Under the pieces are notes generated by a model. The model was not told where the DNA came from and did no database searches. It saw only the letters and a program-made list of their open reading frames with translations. A stretch of DNA of 64,000 bases from an uncultured virus (IMG/VR IMGVR_UViG_3300033066_000839) (lineage: Duplodnaviria; Heunggongvirae; Uroviricota; Caudoviricetes): IMG/VR virus record IMGVR_UViG_3300033066_000839. One strand, given 5' to 3'. Position numbers and translations under genes: made by a program. How positions within the stretch are numbered: position 1 is the stretch's first letter; each line of letters begins with the position of its first letter. Of the stretch, positions 9,866-18,726 are shown piece after piece.

Positions 9866-10218
9866 TGATAAAGGACTTAAAAGGTCAGACGCTTAGTCTA
9901 GCTAAGGCAATCTATTATACTACCTTCAGTATACAGTATTTGGATGATGTAAAGCTTGGTTTAAGCGGAGAGCCCAAAGAGTTTATCGGAGGATTGGTTA
10001 ACAGGCAGCAGATAGTACTTCGCAGTCTTTACCATCGTATGCCCGAAAGTACCGCTACCCTGCTTAGAAACGAAATAGAGAATACGGATATATCCTCAAT
10101 GGATAGTATTATGAATTTGCTGGTGACTCTTGATGAGCGCCAGCGGTTAGAAATGGAAACATATATTGAAAATCTTATAAAAGAAAAGGGAAATGCCAAT
10201 CAGCGAGGTATACAATAA
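9865..10218 (+). CDS. Hypothetical phage protein
   Basis: TAATG coupling. Confidence 0.6.
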   Translation: MIKDLKGQTLSLAKAIYYTTFSIQYLDDVKLGLSGEPKEFIGGLVNRQQIVLRSLYHRMPESTATLLRNEIENTDISSMDSIMNLLVTLDERQRLEMETYIENLIKEKGNANQRGIQ

Positions 10219-10900
10219 GGATTGTGTGGAGTATATGAAAGATGTTCCAGACGGATTCTTTGACATAGCCATTGTAGATATTGAATATGGTATAGGAGCT
10301 AGTAAGCCAAGTATTAAACCATGTATTGTAACTCAAAAGAATGGTGACACGCTATCCGTTAAACAGCCAAACTACATCAATAAATTATGGGACTTTAAAA
10401 TGTCTGGCGATGAGTATTTTAATCAGCTTTTCAGGTGTTCTAAAAAACAAATTGTTTTTGGCGGCAATTACTATGGATTGAAGGGAGGCTATTTAGTATG
10501 GGATAAGTTGAATGGAGAATCTGACCAATACGGCTGTGAGTTAGCTTGGCTTTCTTTTACCAAACGTACAGATATGGTTTATTATATGTGGGCTGGTATG
10601 TTTCAGGGTGCTTATTGTGGAAAGGATATAAAAAAAGCTATTAGGCAGCAAGGTAACAAAGAATTAAATGAAGCGAGAATACACCCTACCCAAAAACCTG
10701 TAATTCTTTATGAATGGATAATTATGAATTATGCTAGTAATGGGGATAGGATATTAGATACTCACATGGGTAGCCAAAGCAATAGAATTGCCGCATATAA
10801 TAATGGTTTTGATTTTTATGGCTGTGAAATAGATAAAGACTACTTTGATGATGGGAATAATAGATTTGAAATGTTCAAACAAAAACTAAAATTATTTTAA
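10193..10900 (+). CDS. N4/N6 DNA methyltransferase (beta-type motif order) with variant motifs
   Basis: IVDIEYGIG (DPPY position), HPTQKP, ILDTHMGSQS, GCEIDKDYF. Confidence 0.85.
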   Translation: MPISEVYNKDCVEYMKDVPDGFFDIAIVDIEYGIGASKPSIKPCIVTQKNGDTLSVKQPNYINKLWDFKMSGDEYFNQLFRCSKKQIVFGGNYYGLKGGYLVWDKLNGESDQYGCELAWLSFTKRTDMVYYMWAGMFQGAYCGKDIKKAIRQQGNKELNEARIHPTQKPVILYEWIIMNYASNGDRILDTHMGSQSNRIAAYNNGFDFYGCEIDKDYFDDGNNRFEMFKQKLKLF

Positions 10901-11221
10901 ATGAAAGTATATATATCAGGACAGATAACAGGATTAGACTACAATGTAGCAAAAGAACATTTTAACGTAGTAGCCGATAAGTTACGTGATGCTGGGCATG
11001 ATGCAGTAAACCCAATAGATGTTTGCCCCGCTCCCGCTGGTGATTGTACCGACTGGAGTTGGGAGCAGTGTATGGTAAAAGATATTGAGGCGCTGCTATC
11101 CTGTGACGCTATTTTTATGCTGGGTAATTGGCGGGATAGTAAGGGTGCTCGTATTGAGCATTATATAGCTAGCGAAACCAAGAAGAAAATATATTATGCA
11201 CAAAACCATGATTTATTTTAA
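10901..11221 (+). CDS. DUF4406-like protein (nucleoside deoxyribosyltransferase-like fold)
   Basis: KVYISGQITG...NP...CDAIFMLGNWRDSKGARIEH. Confidence 0.85.
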   Translation: MKVYISGQITGLDYNVAKEHFNVVADKLRDAGHDAVNPIDVCPAPAGDCTDWSWEQCMVKDIEALLSCDAIFMLGNWRDSKGARIEHYIASETKKKIYYAQNHDLF

Positions 11222-11228
11222 AAAATGT

Positions 11229-11285
11229 TTGTTTATTTAAAACATAACACTATTTTTGTGTAACAAATCAATTACAACACTTAAA
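11229..11285 (+). promoter_or_regulatory. Repeated early promoter plus leader
   Basis: ttgtttatttaaaacataacacTATTTTTGtgtaacaaatcaattacaacacttaaa. Confidence 0.75.
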
Positions 11286-11295
11286 TAGTTACTTT

Positions 11296-11466
11296 ATGGT
11301 TACAGTTTATTTTAGGATAATCGACAATACTGGTTCTGAATATTTTGGAAATATCGAATGCCAGAATTGGGAAAGTCAAATAGGACAAATAAAAAGAATA
11401 ATGAATGTATATGGCTTAAAGGATGAAAAACAGGTGAACATTTTAGATGTTGTCAACAAAAGCTAA
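11296..11466 (+). CDS. Hypothetical 56-aa protein (not in ORF track)
   Basis: MVTVYFRIIDNTGSEYFGNIEC...; first ORF after promoter. Confidence 0.55.
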   Translation: MVTVYFRIIDNTGSEYFGNIECQNWESQIGQIKRIMNVYGLKDEKQVNILDVVNKS

Positions 11467-11475
11467 TCATTAGTC

Positions 11476-11712
11476 ATGAATAAACAAGCGTTAGATAAAT
11501 GGTTAACGACTCCTCCAGATGACGGAAGTGATTTTATTGAAGCGGTAAGCGAAAAAATACCAGTTGAAATTTGGGATAAATACAATGATTATTTATCTGG
11601 CAACGCAAGCGACAAGATGTGGGATAGGGCGTGGCACTTTGACGATATGGATTATGCATTGAGTTTTATACTCAAATTTTTATCAATATATAAGCCGATT
11701 AATAAAAATTGA
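11476..11712 (+). CDS. Hypothetical phage protein
   Basis: LDKWLTTPP N-terminus. Confidence 0.6.
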   Translation: MNKQALDKWLTTPPDDGSDFIEAVSEKIPVEIWDKYNDYLSGNASDKMWDRAWHFDDMDYALSFILKFLSIYKPINKN

Positions 11713-11713
11713 T

Positions 11714-11992
11714 ATGGAGTTACAAACCTGCATAAAAAATGATAAAGGGCAATATTTACTGGCAGATATGCAAGAAGATGTGCCTGCTAAAAACCACCCG
11801 TATGTAAGTATTATTACAACAAATCCAGAAGATTTTATATTCTGGGAATATTACAATAATAAGAAAGTACCCAATGAGGTGTATACAATTAAGTTAACAT
11901 GTAATAAAGATTGGTGTAATTGTATAAAAACGGAAAGCGGGTGTGATTGCAGATGCAATATACCTGTAGCAATTCCAAAGCGAAATAACTAA
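11714..11992 (+). CDS. Hypothetical Cys-rich protein
   Basis: C-terminal cysteine cluster. Confidence 0.55.
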   Translation: MELQTCIKNDKGQYLLADMQEDVPAKNHPYVSIITTNPEDFIFWEYYNNKKVPNEVYTIKLTCNKDWCNCIKTESGCDCRCNIPVAIPKRNN

Positions 11993-12023
11993 CAAATCAA
12001 TTTTAACACTTAAAGAATTTAAA

Positions 12024-12335
12024 ATGAACTTTTCAAAACCTCACACAAAAGACATGGTTATGGCGCAGGCATCAAACGTATTAGCCCTTATGCCAGCATA
12101 TAATGAAATACCAAGTGAATTTAATAGCCATAGTAATTTATGGCACAAAGCAACCGATAAGTGGTTTTTCGAGGGGATAGATAAAAGAGCATTTACCGTG
12201 AAAGATGGTATTAATGCAAATGATGCCTTTCATCATTTATATATGATAATAAGCAGCTATCAACCTAAACATGAGCATAAAACTGCTGGTATAGCATACC
12301 TGATGTCTATGTGGTTTAGTGACGTAAAACTTTAA
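12024..12335 (+). CDS. Conserved phage hypothetical protein
   Basis: LMPAYNEIPSEF...WFFEG...PKHEHKTAGIAYL; preceded by a copy of the aacaaatcaattttaacacttaaa leader. Confidence 0.75.
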   Translation: MNFSKPHTKDMVMAQASNVLALMPAYNEIPSEFNSHSNLWHKATDKWFFEGIDKRAFTVKDGINANDAFHHLYMIISSYQPKHEHKTAGIAYLMSMWFSDVKL

Positions 12336-12338
12336 CTA

Positions 12339-12557
12339 ATGCAACCAGAAGAACAAAAGCCAAACATTTTTACAGACTATAAACAGCCATCCAAATGGAA
12401 GCTTATATTGCTTTATGTCTTGTTTTTCCCAATAATTCTTGCTGCTAAAGGAGCTGTAGAGGAGAGCAAAAGACAAAGACATTTTAATAAGAAGTACAAA
12501 AAAATGATAAAGAAAGGTTTGTTCTGGGACACCACTTATTATATTGAAAGAGACTAA
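12339..12557 (+). CDS. Small membrane protein
   Basis: One TM segment and a basic tail. Confidence 0.55.
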   Translation: MQPEEQKPNIFTDYKQPSKWKLILLYVLFFPIILAAKGAVEESKRQRHFNKKYKKMIKKGLFWDTTYYIERD

Positions 12558-12561
12558 CCAC

Positions 12562-13194
12562 ATGAGTAAGTTTGCAATAGCCATAGCAACAGTTAACAGG
12601 GCAGATTTATTAGTGCCTACCCTAAACAGGTATGTACTTGATTTCCCCGATATTGATATTCATGTATATGATAACGGTAATCAGGAATTACCTACATCAT
12701 ATAACGGCGGCAAAGTGCACATACATACTGGTGAAAACATAGGGGTAGCGGGAGCGTGGAATTTCCTTTTAAAACAAATATATAAAAAACACAAATACGC
12801 ATTAGTTATAAACGATGATGTGTATTTAGGATTAAAACAGACCGATGTTGACAAAGTGATTGATGAGCACAAAAATGAGGGCTTTATTACCACTATGTAC
12901 GATTGGTCTGTTTTTTTACTTCCAGTAGCTACCTATACACAGGTAGGCACATTTGATGAGCAGTTTTATCCCGCCTATTGTGAGGATAGTGATTACGAAT
13001 ATAGGATGAAGTTAATGGGAGTACGGCAATTAAGAACTCCTAAGCTGTTTCCTGCCCTTTACAGGGTAAGTATGACTACTCATAAAGAGCCAGAGAAATA
13101 CCGCCAGCTATTCGCAAAGAATAAGGTATTGTACCGTAAGAAGTGGGGCGGCAATCCAAATGAAGAAACATATAAAAAACCATATAATAAGTAA
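12562..13194 (+). CDS. Glycosyltransferase family 2
   Basis: IATVNR..., YDNG, NIGVAGAWN, INDD, FDEQFYPAYCEDSDY. Confidence 0.85.
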   Translation: MSKFAIAIATVNRADLLVPTLNRYVLDFPDIDIHVYDNGNQELPTSYNGGKVHIHTGENIGVAGAWNFLLKQIYKKHKYALVINDDVYLGLKQTDVDKVIDEHKNEGFITTMYDWSVFLLPVATYTQVGTFDEQFYPAYCEDSDYEYRMKLMGVRQLRTPKLFPALYRVSMTTHKEPEKYRQLFAKNKVLYRKKWGGNPNEETYKKPYNK

Positions 13195-13197
13195 GTT

Positions 13198-13620
13198 ATG
13201 AAAAGAACAGCAGCTATTATAATAGCACTATTAGTAATTGTACTGGCAACAGTTGTAATTCGTTCCTACAATTCGGTTGAGGCGGTAGCCCGAAAAGAGT
13301 TTTCAGCATCGGCACTGCTAAAGAAATACGAGGACTTTAAGGACCTATCGGCAGCCATTGATAGAAAGCGTGCGGATATAGAGGTTTACAAGTCTGAAAT
13401 AGACAGCTATAAAGTTACCGACAAAGAGGATAAAGAGTATATCATGCAGCGCAGGGCAGAAATGATGGGTATCATATCTATGCATAACGAGCTATGCTCT
13501 GAATACAATTCTCAAATGAGCAAATTTAATTATCGTTTTACTAATGTAGGTGATTTGCCACAGGGTAACACAGAGCCTCTACCCAGAGAATACAAACCGT
13601 ATATATTAACAACTAAATAA
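13198..13620 (+). CDS. Membrane-anchored coiled-coil protein
   Basis: N-terminal TM; precedes lipoprotein gene. Confidence 0.65.
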   Translation: MKRTAAIIIALLVIVLATVVIRSYNSVEAVARKEFSASALLKKYEDFKDLSAAIDRKRADIEVYKSEIDSYKVTDKEDKEYIMQRRAEMMGIISMHNELCSEYNSQMSKFNYRFTNVGDLPQGNTEPLPREYKPYILTTK

Positions 13621-13634
13621 AACCAAAAACAAGT

Positions 13635-14171
13635 ATGAAAAAATCAATTATTCTATTGGCAGTAACCGCATTATTGGCTTCATGCGATGCATTTACAACT
13701 CCGCAGCAGAGGTCAGACAGCGGGGTAACGAAAGCTACAACAACCGTTAAAACTGACATTAATGGTCGTACTATTGAGCAGGAAAACATTATTAAACGCC
13801 TTGAAAGGGATAATAAGGTAGGTAGCATTAAACACCTGTATATTATCTCTTCTTACACTGGTGATGTTATGGAGTATTCTACGGTTGCTGGTAAAGTAAC
13901 GTCAGGCGGTAAAAGGCTGTCGCCAAAGACGGTGCAGGGCGGAAATCAAAGATATGGGAGCAATAACTATGTGACTATAGGTAATGACAACTATATAACA
14001 GACGAAGTATTAGATGATGGAGGCGCGTATGGTGATTCTGGTAGCTACATGTTTTGGTTTGATGCGCAGGGTAACTATCATCAATACTACCCTTCTGGCG
14101 GTACTTATGTACATATATCAGATAAGCCGCTAAAAGTTAAAAAGGCTAATTTCAGTGTTTCAATGGACTAA
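13635..14171 (+). CDS. Putative lipoprotein
   Basis: Signal peptide with lipobox LLASC; GKVTSGGKRL...DGGAYGDS.YMFWF. Confidence 0.75.
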   Translation: MKKSIILLAVTALLASCDAFTTPQQRSDSGVTKATTTVKTDINGRTIEQENIIKRLERDNKVGSIKHLYIISSYTGDVMEYSTVAGKVTSGGKRLSPKTVQGGNQRYGSNNYVTIGNDNYITDEVLDDGGAYGDSGSYMFWFDAQGNYHQYYPSGGTYVHISDKPLKVKKANFSVSMD

Positions 14172-14242
14172 TAAGAAAATGTAGATTTAATGTTTGTAAT
14201 GTGGCTGGCGGTTTTTACCGCTGGCATTTTAAAAGCTAAGCA

Positions 14243-14458
14243 ATGAATAAGTACGTAGTATATTATCAAAGGAATGGCAATTATTACAAAGTGTTGGTAC
14301 ATGCCGATAACTCCAGTCAGGCTATGCTTAAACTGGTAGATTTTTACAAGTACAGGGTGGAGGTAATTATGTTCTTTATAGAAGACTATACAAAAGAACT
14401 TAACAGCTATCAATTTGAGAAAGAAAACAACGTAATCCTAGAAACAGATATAAAATAA
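14243..14458 (+). CDS. Hypothetical phage protein
   Basis: Co-oriented ORF. Confidence 0.5.
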   Translation: MNKYVVYYQRNGNYYKVLVHADNSSQAMLKLVDFYKYRVEVIMFFIEDYTKELNSYQFEKENNVILETDIK

Positions 14459-14462
14459 TACT

Positions 14463-14693
14463 ATGTTAGTATACGAAGCATATGGCATTACTTCTGAAGA
14501 TGAATACAACAGAATAACAAATGATGCTAAAAATATAGCGTATTCAAAATTGACTTATGGAGAAATTCACAGAGAGGCATTAGAATATGTGAAGGATAAG
14601 CCACATTTAGTAGCTTTATTTTTCATGTTTGTTTTTGGAGAAGCGTGCGCCGCTAAGGAGCTTCGAGTAGAAAAACACAACTTTAAAATATAA
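14463..14693 (+). CDS. Hypothetical protein (paralogue of 14703)
   Basis: Shared VYE.YG.T.E...G.IH...FM.VFGEAC. Confidence 0.7.
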   Translation: MLVYEAYGITSEDEYNRITNDAKNIAYSKLTYGEIHREALEYVKDKPHLVALFFMFVFGEACAAKELRVEKHNFKI

Positions 14694-14702
14694 AATAACC
14701 TT

Positions 14703-14930
14703 ATGACAGTATACGAATTATACGGTTTTACCGAAGAGCAAAGCAAAGAGTTTTTTGAAAAAGCTAGAGAAATGGTATATACAGACGACACTTGGGGCAC
14801 TATTCATAATTCTGCAAGAGCTTACGCATCAACGCTTACAAGAAAGGAATCGGAGTATTTTATGTTAGTTTTTGGAGAGGCTTGTGGGTTTAAGTTGGCT
14901 GGAATATCTAAAAATGGTTATCACGCATAA
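14703..14930 (+). CDS. Hypothetical protein (paralogue of 14463)
   Basis: Same shared motifs. Confidence 0.7.
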   Translation: MTVYELYGFTEEQSKEFFEKAREMVYTDDTWGTIHNSARAYASTLTRKESEYFMLVFGEACGFKLAGISKNGYHA

Positions 14931-15502
14931 TGGAAACAGGAGTAACATTCGTGGCGGTATGCCACAACGAAACACATGAGGTAGATATGTTCTGCTCTGC
15001 ATTGCTATTGCAGAAGGACCAGCGCTGGAATTGCGTAGTGGTATGCAATGGGCAGAATGATGCTATTGCAGAAAGTATGTCTAAATACCAGTATGACAAA
15101 AGGTTTACCTATTTGGAGTCCGATACCAATACTGGCGCGTGGGGATGCTATAACCGTATTAAGGTTTTATCTATCATCAATAGCCCGTATGTAATAAATA
15201 CCAGTATTCAGGATTACTACCCTCCTCACGCAGTTGCCTGTATTAATGCATATGCTGGAAAGGATATAATATACTGGCAATGCCTGCATAATCACTTTGC
15301 ATACGATGTGCTCGATAGCAAATTAGAGCTAACGCGTATTGACTGGGGCAGCTTTGCCGTAAAGACTGAAATAGCTAAAGCGGTAGGTATAAACCATCCA
15401 GATAGTGTAGCGGCAGATGGGTTGTTTATCGCTGATTTACTGGCTGCTGGGTACACTGGTAACAATCATAAGATTGATAAAATACTAACGGTACATAACT
15501 AA
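14930..15502 (+). CDS. Glycosyltransferase family 2-like protein
   Basis: GT-A layout: FVAVCHNE, LLQ..W.CVVVCNG, WG..NR, IDWG, ADGLF. Confidence 0.7.
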   Translation: METGVTFVAVCHNETHEVDMFCSALLLQKDQRWNCVVVCNGQNDAIAESMSKYQYDKRFTYLESDTNTGAWGCYNRIKVLSIINSPYVINTSIQDYYPPHAVACINAYAGKDIIYWQCLHNHFAYDVLDSKLELTRIDWGSFAVKTEIAKAVGINHPDSVAADGLFIADLLAAGYTGNNHKIDKILTVHN

Positions 15503-16179
15503 TGGAAGGAACTCTTTTTCAGGGAATTGATGACGGGGTATCTTCAGAAGAAAACCTTAAATCATACAGGGCTATCAGGCATGATGTGGTAAGAAAACGT
15601 CAGCGTGATAATAGCGATAGCGCACACCATCCCAAGCAAAAGGAAAATCAAATACTACGGTGCGTAGGCGAAATGGATAAGTACCTTAGCCATGATATAA
15701 AAATATTGGAATTGTTTGCTGGAAGGGGCAATATGACAAAGGTTTATAAATCTCTTCAAAAAGCTACCGTACATGCATACGATAAAACATATTTAAAAAC
15801 AAAAGATAGTTATACAGTGTATCATAGCCTTATTGGAATAGGTGAGGTATATGATATAATAGACCTTGACCCGTATGGGTTTCCGAATAGGCTTTTCCCA
15901 GACATATTTTTGCTTATAAATGATGGGTTGATGTTTATTACAATGCCAAAGCCGTATGTGAATGTATTAAATGGCATAACAGCTACCCATTTAACCGCAT
16001 ACTACGGAACTCCAAACCCTTCAAAAGAGGTAATTATAAATCGAATAGCTATGTGGGGATTATGCCATTGGAGGCAGGTTGAACTTATAGATGAAATTGA
16101 TTTAGGCAGGCTGTATAGATTCTGTTTTAAGATTACTAAGGTAAAAGCAACCGACTACACAGGCGTTAGAAACAGATAA
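15502..16179 (+). CDS. SAM-dependent amino-methyltransferase
   Basis: LELFAGRG (SAM binding) and YDIIDLDPYG. Confidence 0.75.
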   Translation: MEGTLFQGIDDGVSSEENLKSYRAIRHDVVRKRQRDNSDSAHHPKQKENQILRCVGEMDKYLSHDIKILELFAGRGNMTKVYKSLQKATVHAYDKTYLKTKDSYTVYHSLIGIGEVYDIIDLDPYGFPNRLFPDIFLLINDGLMFITMPKPYVNVLNGITATHLTAYYGTPNPSKEVIINRIAMWGLCHWRQVELIDEIDLGRLYRFCFKITKVKATDYTGVRNR

Positions 16180-16243
16180 TTATTTGATAACCCGATTTTA
16201 AATACCAATTTTTTTACATTACTTTGTAACATAACAAAACAAT

Positions 16244-16678
16244 ATGGCAGAAGAAAACATACCTGAGATAATTTCTGGTAATATAGGACAACCCACAAGA
16301 CCAGAAAAACCAAAGCCATCTCCACGCAGAGAGTTTTTTATAAAGGTTGCCAGCGTTTGTATTGTTGTCACTATACTGGGGTTGCTGATTAATTTAGCTA
16401 TATACCTAGACAATTATTACAGCGGTACAATTACGCCTGCTGCAAAGTCTCAAATAGACAGCCTTAACGGAATTATACTTAGGCAGGAGATTCTAATAGA
16501 CCAGTACGATAAGAAGGTAGCAGATTTTAAAATTCAGGTTGACACGCTACAGTCACTTAAAGAAGCTAACACAGAGAAAATAAATAAAATAAAAAATGAT
16601 TATAAAAACAAGGCTTCTCGCGTTGCTAATTTTGATAGCGACTCCCTCAATAGCTTTTTCAGCAACCGATACCACTAG
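16244..16678 (+). CDS. Membrane-anchored coiled-coil protein (spanin-like candidate)
   Basis: N-proximal TM then coiled coil; overlaps next gene. Confidence 0.5.
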   Translation: MAEENIPEIISGNIGQPTRPEKPKPSPRREFFIKVASVCIVVTILGLLINLAIYLDNYYSGTITPAAKSQIDSLNGIILRQEILIDQYDKKVADFKIQVDTLQSLKEANTEKINKIKNDYKNKASRVANFDSDSLNSFFSNRYH

Positions 16679-17018
16679 GAATGGTGTTGTAACCATGTCA
16701 AAAGAAACCGCTGCTAAGGTAGCGCAGGACCTTATTGCTGGTGATGAATGTAAAGACCTCAAGGAGATAGTAGAGCAAAACCTCTCCATCTGTGAAAAGC
16801 AAAATAACCTGAAGGATAGTATTATAACCTACAAGGACAAACAATCGGCGGCAAAAGATACTATTATAGCGGCACAGGATAGTAAATATGCTGTATTGGC
16901 TAATCAGTATGCAATACTTGAAAAAAAGTATAAAAAGCAGAAACGTAAAGGGTTTTTTAAAACAGTTGGAAATATTACACTGCTGGTAGGACTGGCGGCG
17001 GCATTAATAATAAAATAG
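16596..17018 (+). CDS. Secreted coiled-coil protein with C-terminal TM (spanin-like candidate)
   Basis: Signal peptide, coiled coil, C-terminal hydrophobic helix. Confidence 0.5.
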   Translation: MIIKTRLLALLILIATPSIAFSATDTTRNGVVTMSKETAAKVAQDLIAGDECKDLKEIVEQNLSICEKQNNLKDSIITYKDKQSAAKDTIIAAQDSKYAVLANQYAILEKKYKKQKRKGFFKTVGNITLLVGLAAALIIK

Positions 17019-17027
17019 CGATAAATC

Positions 17028-17612
17028 ATGTTTTCTAATACACACTTGATAACGGAAGACCCGTTACAGACCTATTATTTTAAGGAGGCATTTACTGCAA
17101 AGGAGATAGCCAAAATAGACAGGTATGCACTTGGTATAGATGCACAGGTGGCGCAGGTAGGTGAAATAGGTAATGTAAATGAAGTTACCAGAAAGAGTAC
17201 TGTTCGCTGGCTACCGAGAAATGAGTTTACTGAATGGATATATGAGCGTATTTACGGTATGGTAAATGAAGCCAATGAAAAAATATGGCACTTTACCATT
17301 AACTCTATGCCAGAGCTCATACAATACACTGAATATTTTGAAGATGGAGGGCATTACGACTTTCATCTCGATATGGGTAAAGGCTTTCCATTATGCTGCC
17401 GTAAGATAAGCATAGCAATACAGCTATCCGACCCGTCAGAATATGAAGGAGGTGACTTCCAGATAGTAAGGGGTAATACTCCAGAAAACATGATAAAAGG
17501 AAAGGGCACGGCTCTTTTGTTCCCGTCCTATTTACTTCACCGAGTAACACCAGTTACTAAAGGCACTCGCAGGAGTTTAGTTCTTTGGGTAGGCGGCGGC
17601 TCTTTTAAATAA
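17028..17612 (+). CDS. 2OG-Fe(II) oxygenase (PKHD/prolyl-hydroxylase-like)
   Basis: HYDFHLD, RKIS..QLSD...YEGGDF, FPSYLLHRVTPVTKGTR.SLVLW. Confidence 0.9.
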   Translation: MFSNTHLITEDPLQTYYFKEAFTAKEIAKIDRYALGIDAQVAQVGEIGNVNEVTRKSTVRWLPRNEFTEWIYERIYGMVNEANEKIWHFTINSMPELIQYTEYFEDGGHYDFHLDMGKGFPLCCRKISIAIQLSDPSEYEGGDFQIVRGNTPENMIKGKGTALLFPSYLLHRVTPVTKGTRRSLVLWVGGGSFK

Positions 17613-17618
17613 CATATT

Positions 17619-17915
17619 ATGCAAAACGAAATTCCTGACGGGATATATATTCCTAAGCGCCAACGTATTATTAATATAATATTGGATTTCTTCGATAGAA
17701 GTGTAGTGACCGACTTGGGCATATATTTTATCATAAAAGCCATATTACCTGATTATGTTATTATGCAATGGCTTGTATTGCTGGCAACTGCCAGAGAGTT
17801 ATTTGATTGGGTTTCACTGGCTAAATACTATTGGGAAAGGGATTATTTTTATCCGATGCCTCCCCCAACCCAATACCCATTTGATATTGATGATGAAAAA
17901 AAAGATACTATATGA
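17619..17915 (+). CDS. Hypothetical protein
   Basis: Co-oriented ORF, partly hydrophobic. Confidence 0.55.
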   Translation: MQNEIPDGIYIPKRQRIINIILDFFDRSVVTDLGIYFIIKAILPDYVIMQWLVLLATARELFDWVSLAKYYWERDYFYPMPPPTQYPFDIDDEKKDTI

Positions 17916-18490
17916 AGCAAAATGAATTAATTACAAGTGAATATCTAAATAACGTATATCCATATGCGATTAGCTGGATTATAGAGCAACATGAGCGTGT
18001 CAACCAGAAATATGGTAATGATATGCCCTATAGTTTACATCTGGCTATGGTTGCGAGTAATGCTAAGAAATACATGTATCTGCTACCAGATAAAGAAGAT
18101 ATATTTGAGGAGCACATAATGCAGGCAGCTTGGGGGCATGACCTTATAGAAGATTGCAGGCTAACATACAATGATGTTAAAGAAATTCTTGGATGGCAAA
18201 CGGCAGATATTATTTATGCTGTAACCAACGGCAAAGGTAAAAACAGGGCAGAAAGAGCCAGTGAGCAACATTATGCTGAAATGCGAGATTGTTTTGGTGC
18301 TGTTTTTATAAAACTATGTGACCGTATCGCAAATGCTAGTTATTCGGCGGCTACATATTCCCGTATGGCAGAAGTATACAAAAAAGAAAATGATGAGTTT
18401 CTTCGTAAGATTGGGTTTACTAAAGGCGATACCCATTACAAATATTACGACATGGTATTGGAACTTAACCTGATAATAGCAAGTATATGA
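17912..18490 (+). CDS. HD-domain hydrolase, SpoT/Mesh1-like (small alarmone hydrolase)
   Basis: PYSLHL, AAWGHDLIED, IKLCDRIAN. Confidence 0.85.
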   Translation: MKQNELITSEYLNNVYPYAISWIIEQHERVNQKYGNDMPYSLHLAMVASNAKKYMYLLPDKEDIFEEHIMQAAWGHDLIEDCRLTYNDVKEILGWQTADIIYAVTNGKGKNRAERASEQHYAEMRDCFGAVFIKLCDRIANASYSAATYSRMAEVYKKENDEFLRKIGFTKGDTHYKYYDMVLELNLIIASI

Positions 18491-18726
18491 CTAGCATAAA
18501 GACATTTATAAAACAACTGTTTTGTAGGCACACATCTCTACATATCAAAATAAAACAACAGTATTATGTTAAAGATGCGCTTGATATGTATGAAGGCGAA
18601 GTTACTATTGTAAGCGGTGCATGTTTGAATTGTGGAAAGGACACCGTGCACAGTAAGGACCGCATACACTATGAGAAGAGAATGACGCGGGCAGAATTAG
18701 ATGAATACATTAAAAACAAACTATAA
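18487..18726 (+). CDS. Hypothetical zinc-finger-like protein
   Basis: LFCRH...CLNCGK. Confidence 0.6.
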   Translation: MTSIKTFIKQLFCRHTSLHIKIKQQYYVKDALDMYEGEVTIVSGACLNCGKDTVHSKDRIHYEKRMTRAELDEYIKNKL

